Source of the DNA: an uncultured bacterium
GTDB lineage: Bacteria > GCA-001730085
Reading direction: 5' to 3'
Length of the DNA stretch: 32,000 bases
Assembly (NCBI GenBank): GCA_964565945.1
Contig: CAZMGY010000012.1
Span: 60,001 to 92,000 of the forward strand
Numbering within the stretch: position 1 is the first letter of the stretch; each line of letters opens with the position of its first letter. The translations under genes were made by a program, and so were the position numbers. The notes beneath the pieces are model-generated. The model worked only from the letters and a program-made list of their open reading frames with translations, was not told the origin of the DNA and searched no databases. Below are positions 17,859-26,079 of the stretch, one piece after another.

Positions 17859-18824
17859 ATGAGTACAAAATTATTCAATATTATATTATTAACGGGTATT
17901 GTGGTCTCTGCAAATATACCTCAAGCAGATGCTTACTGGATTTGGACGCCCAAATCGAAAAAATGGATCAATCCCAGATATTCGGCAAAGGATAACCCTG
18001 AAGAGCAATTTGAATGGGCTCAAAACTTTTACAAAGAAGGCAACTTTAAACGTGCCCTCAAAGAGTTTCGTAAGATTGTGCAGGAGTATCCAAAATCGAG
18101 CTATGCCCCTGAGGCTCTTTTCTTTTCGGGTAATTGTTTTATGAAGCTTCGTAAATATTACGATGCTTATTTGGAATTTCAAAAAATCCTAGAAAAGTAT
18201 CCAGGTTCAAGTCGCGTTCAAGATGTTGTTAAGAAGCAAGTGCAAATAGCAAATCATTATTTTTATCGGGAAGATTTAAAGATTTTGGGCTCTAAAATTC
18301 CTCGGACTTACGAATATCCGATTGAAATTTATTCACAAATTGTTAAGAACTCTCCTTATGGCAAATATGCAGACTATGCTCAGTTCTATTTTGCGGAATC
18401 GTACCGTTTGGCTAACAAGTTTGACGAAGCGATTGAAGCCTATGAAACCTTGGTCAATCGGTTCCCTCAAAGTGAATATGTGCCCGAAAGTCGCTACAAG
18501 ATTGCTTTGAGCTCAACGGTATCTTCGTCGACAGAAGTGGCTTACACCGAACGGGAGAGAGAGAAGGCTATTTCTGAATTTGAAGCCTATATGCAAAAGA
18601 ATGATCAGATGCCACGGGTTAATATTGCGCGTCAAGAAATGGAAAAACTTAAAAAGAAGAATGCTGAAAAAATCTTGGGCATTGCTCGTTTGTATGAAAA
18701 GCGTCGCAAGTACAAGGCTGCGTTGATGTATTACAAAGATTTTTATCGAAAATATGCTGACCATGAAAAAGGTGGTATGGTGAAAAATAAAATTGATGAA
18801 CTTTCTCAGAAGATTGATTCATAA
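17859..18824 (+). CDS. TPR-repeat periplasmic protein, BamD/YfiO-like (or YbgF-like) outer-membrane assembly factor
   Basis: The ATG at 17859 follows the SD GAGGGA (17847-17852). The signal-peptide-like N-terminus MSTKLFNIILLTGIVVSANIPQADA has no lipobox Cys. It contains repeated TPR-like units (EEQFEWAQNFYKEGNFKRALKEFRKIVQEYPKSSYAPEALF and so on). It sits upstream of lptE and holA. Confidence 0.6.
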   Translation: MSTKLFNIILLTGIVVSANIPQADAYWIWTPKSKKWINPRYSAKDNPEEQFEWAQNFYKEGNFKRALKEFRKIVQEYPKSSYAPEALFFSGNCFMKLRKYYDAYLEFQKILEKYPGSSRVQDVVKKQVQIANHYFYREDLKILGSKIPRTYEYPIEIYSQIVKNSPYGKYADYAQFYFAESYRLANKFDEAIEAYETLVNRFPQSEYVPESRYKIALSSTVSSSTEVAYTEREREKAISEFEAYMQKNDQMPRVNIARQEMEKLKKKNAEKILGIARLYEKRRKYKAALMYYKDFYRKYADHEKGGMVKNKIDELSQKIDS

Positions 18825-18842
18825 ATGTGTATGGGGGGATCT

Positions 18843-19373
18843 ATGACAAAATATTGGGTCTTGCTGGTGTTATTGCTGGGGAGTGGAGCAGGCTGTGGGT
18901 ACACCACTCAGGGGATGTTACCTCCAGATGTGCAACGTATTTCCATACCCATGTTCAAAAATGAAACCTTTCGGTTAAGTAAAACAAAATATACGTTTAA
19001 ACGTGATGTTGAACAAATGGTGACTGATGCGCTAATTCAGGACTTCTTAGAGGATGGCCAATTGCGAGTTGTCGATTCGTCTCAAGCTCAATGGATGCTG
19101 GAAGGTAGTATAACGGGCTACGAAACAGAAGCTTTGCGCTATAGTCGTTTTGATTTGAACCTTCTTGAGGAAATTCGGGTTGTGATGACGGTATCGATAA
19201 CCCTCAAAGATATTGAATTGGATAAAATCTTGTGGCACAACGAAGAGATTCGTCGCGAAGAAGATTTTTATGTTGCAGGATCTATTTTGGATGAAGAAGA
19301 AAGTGCTGTTCGTCAGGCGTCGGAGCGTATGGCCAAAGATATTATGATTCAAGTTCTCGAGAGATGGTATTAA
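18843..19373 (+). CDS. lptE: LptE-like LPS-assembly lipoprotein
   Basis: Lipoprotein signal MTKYWVLLVLLLGSGAGCGY with lipobox GAGC. The size and the position directly upstream of holA match the widely conserved lptE-holA synteny. ATG at 18843 follows a GGGGGGA SD. Confidence 0.6.
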   Translation: MTKYWVLLVLLLGSGAGCGYTTQGMLPPDVQRISIPMFKNETFRLSKTKYTFKRDVEQMVTDALIQDFLEDGQLRVVDSSQAQWMLEGSITGYETEALRYSRFDLNLLEEIRVVMTVSITLKDIELDKILWHNEEIRREEDFYVAGSILDEEESAVRQASERMAKDIMIQVLERWY

Positions 19374-19376
19374 TCC

Positions 19377-20339
19377 ATGTTGGTCGAGGTGGCGCAATTA
19401 TCTTTAGACGAATTGGCTCCTGTCTATGTTTTTGCGGGTCAAGATGCCTATATGAAACAAAAAGTGACGCAGGCCTTTCAATCGAAAGTATCTGAGGCTG
19501 GTCGTCTGCCAGATTTTGACTATTTTTATTTTAAATCTGAAGATCTCAATATTTTTCAAGTCATGGAATCATGTTTGTCGATGCCGTTTATGCAGAGCAA
19601 AGTGCTTGTATTGTGTGATGGGGCGGATGTCTTGGCGAAAAATATTGAGCTATTGGACTATTTGAAAAATCCCTCGGAAACAACCTGTTTGGTGTTATTT
19701 TTTCAAGATAAACGGAAGCTTAGCAAAGCCATCAAAACGGTAGCACGGGTTGGGTCTTTGGATGCTTTGGACCACAAGGGTTTTGCTGTTTGGATGCAAG
19801 ATTATATGAAAACGCATGGTGTTCAGCTTGAGTGTTTAGCTAAATCTTTGATTCAAGCTCAATACAAAGGTAATTTGCTAGCGATGGAGCGTGAGGTCGA
19901 AAAATTGGTAACCTTTGCTGGGCCCAATGCAATCATTACAGCTGAGTCTGTGAAACAGCTGTTGGTGACTGTGGAGGCCGCGGGTGTTTTTGAACTGATA
20001 GAGGCGATGACGTCCCAGAAGTATGGATTGTTCATGAATAGATTGCAGGCTATGTTGCATGCGGAGACAAGTGGTCATGAAGTGATTGGGGTTTTGGTCT
20101 GGCATTTTAAGCGCTTATGGAGCGTGCGACAGTTTTTGAACCAAGGACTTAGTCCTTGGGAGATGGCTCAACGTTTGCATATGAAAGAGTGGGCACTTAA
20201 TAAGGTTTTGCCTCAAGTGAAGCGTCTGAAGAAGAATGACTTCGAGCAGATTTTTTCACGTCTGTATCATTTAGATGTGGCTCTCAAAAATAATCGTCTA
20301 CCTTCTAAAGTTTTGTTGCAAGCATTTGCTTTGGCCTAA
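19377..20339 (+). CDS. holA: DNA polymerase III delta subunit
   Basis: The 320-aa product has an N-terminal LAPVYVFAGQDAYMKQKV block typical of HolA, plus the expected synteny after lptE. Confidence 0.8.
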   Translation: MLVEVAQLSLDELAPVYVFAGQDAYMKQKVTQAFQSKVSEAGRLPDFDYFYFKSEDLNIFQVMESCLSMPFMQSKVLVLCDGADVLAKNIELLDYLKNPSETTCLVLFFQDKRKLSKAIKTVARVGSLDALDHKGFAVWMQDYMKTHGVQLECLAKSLIQAQYKGNLLAMEREVEKLVTFAGPNAIITAESVKQLLVTVEAAGVFELIEAMTSQKYGLFMNRLQAMLHAETSGHEVIGVLVWHFKRLWSVRQFLNQGLSPWEMAQRLHMKEWALNKVLPQVKRLKKNDFEQIFSRLYHLDVALKNNRLPSKVLLQAFALA

Positions 20340-20340
20340 A

Positions 20341-20385
20341 AGACAAAAAACTCCTAACACAAGCTTTATTAGGAGTTTCCTTATT
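20341..20385. terminator. Bidirectional rho-independent terminator between convergent holA and rpsT
   Basis: An 8-10 bp stem pairs (AA)ACTCCTAA at 20348-20357 with TTAGGAGT(TT) at 20369-20378, with an 11-nt loop. On the minus strand the stem is followed by TTTTTTGTCTTTT. On the plus strand it is followed by TTTCCTTATTATT. Confidence 0.75.
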
Positions 20386-20400
20386 ATTCTAAGAAATCAA

Positions 20401-20667
20401 TTAAGACAGGAGAGCTGAAAGCTTTTCTGCTAATTTGGTTTTGTGACGATTGGCATAGTTTTTATGCACAAGGCCTTTCTGAGCCGCACGATCAAGATGA
20501 GAAAATGCTTTTTTGATATATAAGCTAGCGTTTTCTTGATCGCCAGCTGCAATGCTTTGATCGGTTTTCTTAACAAATGTTCTCATAGTGGATTTAACCC
20601 CATTATTACGCAAACGTTTGATAGCATCTGTTTTAACGCGTTTTTTAGCAGACTTTAAATTTGGCAC
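20401..20667 (-). CDS. rpsT: 30S ribosomal protein S20
   Basis: MPNLKSAKKRVKTDAIKRLRNNGVKSTMRTFVKK is typical of S20. GTG start with SD AGAGGTG 5 nt upstream. Confidence 0.95.
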   Translation of the reverse strand: MPNLKSAKKRVKTDAIKRLRNNGVKSTMRTFVKKTDQSIAAGDQENASLYIKKAFSHLDRAAQKGLVHKNYANRHKTKLAEKLSALLS

Positions 20668-20714
20668 GTGTACACCTCTAAATCATCAAAAATTAGACAA
20701 AATCCTAAGTAACT

Positions 20715-20743
20715 ATATTAATCAACTATGTTAACTTTGTCAA
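20715..20743 (-). promoter_or_regulatory. Near-consensus sigma70 promoter for rpsT
   Basis: The minus strand reads TTGACA (20743-20738), a 17-nt spacer, then TAATAT (20720-20715), about 45-50 nt upstream of the rpsT GTG. Confidence 0.7.
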
Positions 20744-21020
20744 TATTCATTTTTCTGCTCCTTTAAGGCTTATTGAAGAGATTTGCTGAGGGGCGTTCTT
20801 GGGGATAAATCCGAGATTATGAGCATTTGGCTACTTTGGGATCAATGTGAAATTTAGCTAGGCGGCGGGGATTATATCTCTAAGAATAATGAAAAATGTG
20901 TCTAAAAATCGCATGTGGGGTGGGACCTATTAGTGAATTTATTAAGGGTGTTGTCGCTCTGGACTTAAAGGATATGTCATGCTGAAAAGGCTTAACTGGA
21001 CATCTTAGCTAAAGGTTTGC

Positions 21021-21049
21021 TTGACATGGTTAGGACTCAGGGTTAAATT
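21021..21049 (+). promoter_or_regulatory. Candidate sigma70 promoter in the rpsT-hflX non-coding gap
   Basis: TTGACA (21021-21026), a 17-nt spacer, then TAAATT (21044-21049). No credible ORF lies within about 290 nt downstream. Confidence 0.45.
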
Positions 21050-21341
21050 TAAAATTTTGGGGGAGTCTGTCCTTCTCACTACAACCTATGTCAACATTAA
21101 CCATCTCATGGCGAAGGTTAGCTTGTAACAAGGCTTCCCTGAAATTTTTTTATAGCTCTCATTGTTAAGTGTACTAGGAATTACGGCTTGACACAAAATC
21201 AATCTAGATGGCTAAGCTTTAGCAGTAAGGTTGAATTTGATAAAGCCAGCCGTTACAAGATGATCGAAAGTGGACGTGCCAGCATAAGAGATAGCACGTC
21301 TTCGAGCTCGAAAGAGCGTTTTTTGTTCGCTAAAAAACTCG

Positions 21342-21727
21342 ATGAGCAGCACCATTACACCGAACTCAGATTACAATCACTTGGATAAGCAGTATGAAGT
21401 TTTACTCTCCAGAGTTCTTGATAAAGCAGTTAGAGATGCTGGTGCTAAATTCATGAAAAAGTATGGCATGGTTGATGCCCGTGTATTTCGCATCATTTCT
21501 GAAAAAGAAATTATGGTCAACAGCTGTTCCGATTTTGGCGTTAATCTTGGTGACCGTCTGACCGTTTGGGAGGAAGGATCGGCTTTAACTGATCCTCATA
21601 CGGGATTGAAAATTTCACCTCGTGTCAAAAAAAAGGTATTCTTAAGATCACTCAAGTCTCTTCGGGGCTCGCTTCGGTGGCCAAAGGTAGCAAAAAGGTT
21701 GTTCGTACCATCCGTCAGGGGGACTAG
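21342..21727 (+). CDS. Hypothetical small protein whose plausible reading frame shifts by -1 at an A AAA AAG tract (frameshift, indel error or pseudogene)
   Basis: Zero frame 21342-21635 encodes 98 protein-like residues (..ARVFRIISEKEIMVNSCSDFGVNLGDRLTVWEEGSALTDPHTGLKISPRVKKK). After the A8 run (21627-21634) the zero frame turns R/L/S-rich and looks out of frame, continuing to 21764. The -1 frame reads GILKITQVSSGLASVAKGSKKVVRTIRQGD and stops at 21725-21727. There is no SD before the ATG at 21342, so the start, and even expression, are uncertain. Confidence 0.35.
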
Positions 21728-21815
21728 GTTACCGTTTAGTGGCTTGTTGAGATCTGTTGTATAGGATTTAGTGAGTATAGAAGTAATCTTCAGAATGCGG
21801 TATAATACTTTTCTT

Positions 21816-23078
21816 ATGAAAAACACGGAACAAAACCAACAAAAGGCTGTATTAGCTGGCATTTATACATCTAATGAGTCGGAAGCTTATGCGTCAATGG
21901 ATGAATTGGCGGCTTTGGCGCTGGCTGATGATATTGAGGTGTGTGGGTCTCTTTTGCAACAGCGCAAATCTCCGGATGTTGCCTTTTATATTGGTAAAGG
22001 TAAGGTAGATGAGCTTGAAGAGCAGGTGAAGTCTTCAGGCTGTAACTTAGTCATTTTTGATAATGAATTACGTTCTTCGCACGTGAGAAATTTGAGCAAA
22101 CGTCTCAAATGTTGTGTGATTGATCGCAGTGAACTAATTTTGGATATTTTCGCCTCTCGGGCACGAACCAAGCAGGCCACGCTTCAAGTGGAAGTGGCAC
22201 GTTTTAAATATGAAATGTCACGTTTACGTAAGCTATGGACCCATTTTGGTCGGATTGAAGGGGGGATTGGTTCGCGGGGCATGGGGGAAACGCAGCTCGA
22301 GGTTGATCGTCGTCGAACACGTGATCGTGTGTATGTACTCGAAAAAGAGCTCAAAAATTTGCTTAAAAACAAAGCCGTCAGTAGCAAACAACGCAACAAT
22401 GTCTTTAAAGTCGCCTTAGTTGGATACACCAACGCAGGCAAATCAACCCTTTTAAACACCCTGACCGATGCCGAAGTGTTTGTCAAAGATTTGTTGTTTG
22501 CTACACTCGACACCACCACACGTAAAGTAGATTTAGATAAATCTCATAACTTTATCTTAAGTGATACGGTAGGATTTGTTCGTAAACTTCCGCATCATTT
22601 GGTTGCTTCTTTTCATGCCACTTTGTCAGAGGTTAAAGATGCGGACTTATTGTTGCATGTGGTGGATATTTCTGACCCAGAACATCAAGATTATATCCGA
22701 ACCGTCGATGATGTGTTGGAGCAGATAGGGGCCAAGAATAAAGATATTTTATTGCTGTTTAATAAAACCGATTGCGTGGATCATATCCAACAATTTGATG
22801 AACGGATGAAAGAGAAATATGGTGAGCGCAGTGGGTTTGTGTTTATTTCGGCCAAAGGTGGTATTGGCTTGGAGCGCCTTAAGAAAGAGATTAGACTTCG
22901 TATGGATAAGCAGATGATCCAAGCGATGGTGGCCATTCCTTGGGTTAATGGGAAAGCAATGGCGTTTCTGCGTAAGCATGGCCAAATTATGAGCGAAGAG
23001 TGCATCGAAGATAAACAAGTCTTTAAAGTGAAAATCGATAAGGATGCATTGGGGCGCTTGCGTACCATGATGGGGTAA
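21816..23078 (+). CDS. hflX: GTPase HflX
   Basis: HflX N-domain (ELAALALADDIEV.., LILDIFASRARTKQATLQVEVARFKYEMSRL, GETQLEVDRR). G-domain motifs GYTNAGKST, DTVGF, NKTD. I prefer the ATG at 21816 (MKNTEQ..). The ORF track's GTG at 21771 is less likely. Confidence 0.9.
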   Translation: MKNTEQNQQKAVLAGIYTSNESEAYASMDELAALALADDIEVCGSLLQQRKSPDVAFYIGKGKVDELEEQVKSSGCNLVIFDNELRSSHVRNLSKRLKCCVIDRSELILDIFASRARTKQATLQVEVARFKYEMSRLRKLWTHFGRIEGGIGSRGMGETQLEVDRRRTRDRVYVLEKELKNLLKNKAVSSKQRNNVFKVALVGYTNAGKSTLLNTLTDAEVFVKDLLFATLDTTTRKVDLDKSHNFILSDTVGFVRKLPHHLVASFHATLSEVKDADLLLHVVDISDPEHQDYIRTVDDVLEQIGAKNKDILLLFNKTDCVDHIQQFDERMKEKYGERSGFVFISAKGGIGLERLKKEIRLRMDKQMIQAMVAIPWVNGKAMAFLRKHGQIMSEECIEDKQVFKVKIDKDALGRLRTMMG

Positions 23079-23081
23079 GAC

Positions 23082-23231
23082 ATGAAAGAACTTCTTTTTG
23101 TTCTGGTTGTGATTGCGGCGGTTTTGCTGGTCACAATGATCCAGGTGCTTAAATGGCGTTGGGATTTTCGTCAGAGAAGTGATGTGTTTGAAGGTGAGGA
23201 GAATGACGAATGCAGTTTTGAGTCGGCATAG
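23082..23231 (+). CDS. Possible 49-aa single-pass membrane peptide
   Basis: My own translation is MKELLFVLVVIAAVLLVTMIQVLKWRWDFRQRSDVFEGEENDECSFESA. The ATG lies 3 nt after the hflX stop. It has one strongly hydrophobic helix, then a basic and an acidic tail. It overlaps the likely addB-like start by 29 nt. The SD is weak (GGGGT). Confidence 0.35.
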   Translation: MKELLFVLVVIAAVLLVTMIQVLKWRWDFRQRSDVFEGEENDECSFESA

Positions 23232-26079
23232 CTATTGGGAAGACACTCTCAGTCATATCTGTAAGGAATTTCCCTTTCAAGAAAAAATATGGATCACCAA
23301 TCGTTACATTGCTGCCAAGCGTTTTTTGCAATCGATGACATTACGAGGGCATTCCTGGCTGAACGTGAGAGTGATATCACCATCTGCACTGGCTCAAAGT
23401 ATCTTACAGTCTTATCGACCAGAATATCGTTGCCTTTCTTATGATAATCAATGTTTTGTGATTGAAGACCTTTTGCGAGAGGCTCAGTTAGCCCAAAAAC
23501 TTAGCTATTTAGGACATTTGGATCAGTCCAAAAGTTTGGGAAGGTTGTTGATTAATGGTTTTACTTTTTTAAGAGCGTCTCAAAAAGGGATCACTGATCT
23601 TGACCCGAATCTTTTTTTTCAACCAGAGAAAGGTCAAGATATACAACTTTTGGGACAGCTGTATCAAACGTTTTTGGATGAGCATAAACTTTATGATCAG
23701 AACACCTGTTACGCTTTGGCCGAAGAGGCTTTGCAAAAACAGCTCCATTGGGATCGTCCGACATGCTTATTTTATGATGATGAAGAGACCTTGGCCTTAA
23801 GTGCACAGTCGTTGATAAAAACCTTTGCTAGTAATAGCTTAAGGGGTATGCGTATGCCTCAGGTGAATTGGTCGGTGTCATCGAATACACATTTCTCTTT
23901 GTCCTACAGTCCTTGGTGTGAGGTGAGAGATTGTTTAGAAGCCTTGGTTGCAAAAAACATTTCTTGGGATCAGGTCGAAATGGTAGTTCCCGATATGCAT
24001 CTCTATGGTCCTTTGGTGATGCATGTTACTCAGTCCAAAGGCATTCCTGTGACATACGAAGAAGGAGAATACTTAAGTCAATCACGTTTGCTTCAGTTGC
24101 TCAAAGGTGTTGTGGAACTTTGTGTTCAAGATTGGGATCAAGCTATTGTACTTCGCTTGTATCGTGATGGCTTGTTGCCTTTGCCAGAGTCGTTATGCGA
24201 AAGTGCTTTTGAAGAGTATTTGGCTGCCTTAAAAGTGGGGTGGGGTCTTAAGCGTTGGAAACATTACCTCGATGCTCCTACGACGGTCTTAACAAAAGAA
24301 GGGGTGTTTTTAAAACAGTTTATTCAGTCTGTGATCACTTTGGTGGAGCCATTAACCGAAAAGCCTTTAACTTTGCAAACTCTTACAGAAAGGATACGTG
24401 TATTTTTAAAAGAGAGTATGCTGAGTTCAAGTGAGCGGGATGTTCATGACTTTGATGAACTTGCTCGCAAGCTAAGTGCTATGGCGGCCATTGATGTGAA
24501 ACGAAATCGGCTTTATCAAACACTTAAAGATGTGATTTTATTGTTGGACAAAATGCGTGTGAATAAATCGGGTCCAAAACCAGGTGCTATTCATGTTCGC
24601 TCGGCCAAGACACATGTTTATGAAGAGCGACCTTACTTGATTATTTTAGGCCTTAATGATCTATGGATTCCTGGACAACCTGCAATTGACCCCTTATTGA
24701 TACCGCAAGAACGTGCACGCATTTTAGGGCACGAGACTCTTCCGCATGATGACTCGGAGCAGATTATTCGGCAAATGAAACATTTGATAGGCATGCATCA
24801 AGGTCCTCTTTGGCTCAGTTGCGTTAAGGTGGTTCCGTTGCAAACCAATTATGGTCTTATGCCTTCGCCAGTCATATTATGGGCTTATAGGCAGGCTCAT
24901 AGCGATGAAACAATTAGTTATGAATCGATGTTGCGGGCTGTCGATGATCAAAGTGCATATGCTTCAGCAAATCGTACATTTGCTTTATGGACTTGGGAGG
25001 AGTTGTCCGATAGCCAAATATTTGCCCCCAAATCATTGCAGGCTTTTGAAGCTCGCCAAAGTGATCAGATAACAGAATTTGATGGAAAGCCCGTTATTTC
25101 TCAAAACATTTTGACGGTGGTTAATCGTGAGAATCATTCGGTTTCTGCAACGTCTTTGCAGACTATGGCCAGTTGTCCGTTTCGTTATTATGTTTATTAT
25201 GTTTTGCAATTGAAAGAACGAAAGGTTCGCCAACGAGATATGTCTCAGTGGTTAGATGTTGCTGATTGGGGGAGCATGGTTCATGCTGCTTTGTTCGATA
25301 TGATGCATGTTTGGATGAATAATCCCGAGATGGAGGTTTCTCTGTTTAAGCAACTAGGTTTTGAGATTGCACGGCATTATTTGCAAGAGTATAGTCAGCG
25401 TTATGGGGTGGCTAATGTTAAGGCTTATGCAAATCAGGAACGTTTGTTTTATAAAGTCGTGGATAATTTTGCAGAGCATGAAGTTCTACGCCAAGGTCGG
25501 AAAGCCGCGTACTTAGAAATTGCTTTTGGACGCTCTAAGGTTCAGCAACAGGGCTCTTTGCAGCATGTCGATCCAGTTCCTTTTCGTTTAGGGCAAGGGC
25601 GTTTTATTTATCTTTCAGGAAGTATTGACCGGGTAGATCGTTGTTCCGATGATTCTTATGTGATTTTAGACTATAAAACTAGTGCTTCTGGCTGGCTTAA
25701 ACCCGATGATCGATTTTGTCAGGGACGGCATTTGCAACCATTTCTATATGCCTATGTTCTTGATAATATTTTGGAGGAATATGTGAAGGTTAAAGCGACA
25801 GGCTACTTTTATGCTACACCCAAAGGACGTTTTCAGGAGCATGTGTATGCGGACATAGATTTTAAGGAGCTAAAGGGTGTGGTTGGCTTGCTTGTGCAGG
25901 CGATTGAGCAGGGAACCTTTGTGGTGATGAAAGGACTGCGTGGAACCTCGGGACCATGCATGACCTGTTCGGGACGCTGGGCCTGTCAGGTTTATCGCGA
26001 TGATGAAGCCGATAAGAAGTTTGCAAACAATCAAGACGAACAACTGGTAGCTTTGCAAGAATTGCAGGGAATGAAATAA
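23203..26079 (+). CDS. addB: AddB-like PD-(D/E)XK nuclease subunit with Fe-S cluster cysteines
   Basis: C-terminal nuclease motifs GSIDRVDR and YVILDYKTS. Four Cys are arranged as in the AddB iron staple: SCPFRY upstream, then CMTCSGRWAC (C-x2-C-x5-C). I found no Walker A motif in the N-terminal half. The ATG at 23203 follows AGGTGAGGAG, and the ORF track's 23179 is the alternative. The TAA abuts the addA ATG. Confidence 0.7.
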   Translation: MTNAVLSRHSYWEDTLSHICKEFPFQEKIWITNRYIAAKRFLQSMTLRGHSWLNVRVISPSALAQSILQSYRPEYRCLSYDNQCFVIEDLLREAQLAQKLSYLGHLDQSKSLGRLLINGFTFLRASQKGITDLDPNLFFQPEKGQDIQLLGQLYQTFLDEHKLYDQNTCYALAEEALQKQLHWDRPTCLFYDDEETLALSAQSLIKTFASNSLRGMRMPQVNWSVSSNTHFSLSYSPWCEVRDCLEALVAKNISWDQVEMVVPDMHLYGPLVMHVTQSKGIPVTYEEGEYLSQSRLLQLLKGVVELCVQDWDQAIVLRLYRDGLLPLPESLCESAFEEYLAALKVGWGLKRWKHYLDAPTTVLTKEGVFLKQFIQSVITLVEPLTEKPLTLQTLTERIRVFLKESMLSSSERDVHDFDELARKLSAMAAIDVKRNRLYQTLKDVILLLDKMRVNKSGPKPGAIHVRSAKTHVYEERPYLIILGLNDLWIPGQPAIDPLLIPQERARILGHETLPHDDSEQIIRQMKHLIGMHQGPLWLSCVKVVPLQTNYGLMPSPVILWAYRQAHSDETISYESMLRAVDDQSAYASANRTFALWTWEELSDSQIFAPKSLQAFEARQSDQITEFDGKPVISQNILTVVNRENHSVSATSLQTMASCPFRYYVYYVLQLKERKVRQRDMSQWLDVADWGSMVHAALFDMMHVWMNNPEMEVSLFKQLGFEIARHYLQEYSQRYGVANVKAYANQERLFYKVVDNFAEHEVLRQGRKAAYLEIAFGRSKVQQQGSLQHVDPVPFRLGQGRFIYLSGSIDRVDRCSDDSYVILDYKTSASGWLKPDDRFCQGRHLQPFLYAYVLDNILEEYVKVKATGYFYATPKGRFQEHVYADIDFKELKGVVGLLVQAIEQGTFVVMKGLRGTSGPCMTCSGRWACQVYRDDEADKKFANNQDEQLVALQELQGMK

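Noticed and set aside
17759-17995. 78-aa plus-strand ORF overlapping the bamD-like leader and start
   Set aside because: There is no SD and it is out of frame with a well-supported gene. Its ATG is part of the putative extended -10 element.
21210-21235. GCTAAGCTTTAGCAGTAA, superficially like a tmRNA tag-reading-frame end (..ALAA stop)
   Set aside because: There is no GGGG 5' acceptor start, no T-arm GGTTCGAATCC-type sequence and no CCA end nearby. The frame does not give an ALAA-type tag.
21188-21388. 66-aa TTG-start ORF in the rpsT-hflX gap
   Set aside because: It has no SD, is Ser/Arg-rich and low-complexity, and spans the hairpin/T6 structure. It is in the same frame as the -1 tail of the downstream ORF, but I could not build a coherent single protein from the two.
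21725-21739. TAG followed by GTT ACC GTT TAG, which with read-through would give a ..RQGDxVTV ending typical of small beta domains
   Set aside because: There is no independent evidence for stop-codon reassignment or read-through. Other genes in the window (trpA and rpoD) end with an ordinary TAG.
21801-21806. Perfect TATAAT 10 nt upstream of the hflX ATG, which would imply a leaderless mRNA
   Set aside because: There is no -35 or TG extension at the correct spacing, and other genes in the window rely on strong SDs. It is kept only as a note for TSS mapping.
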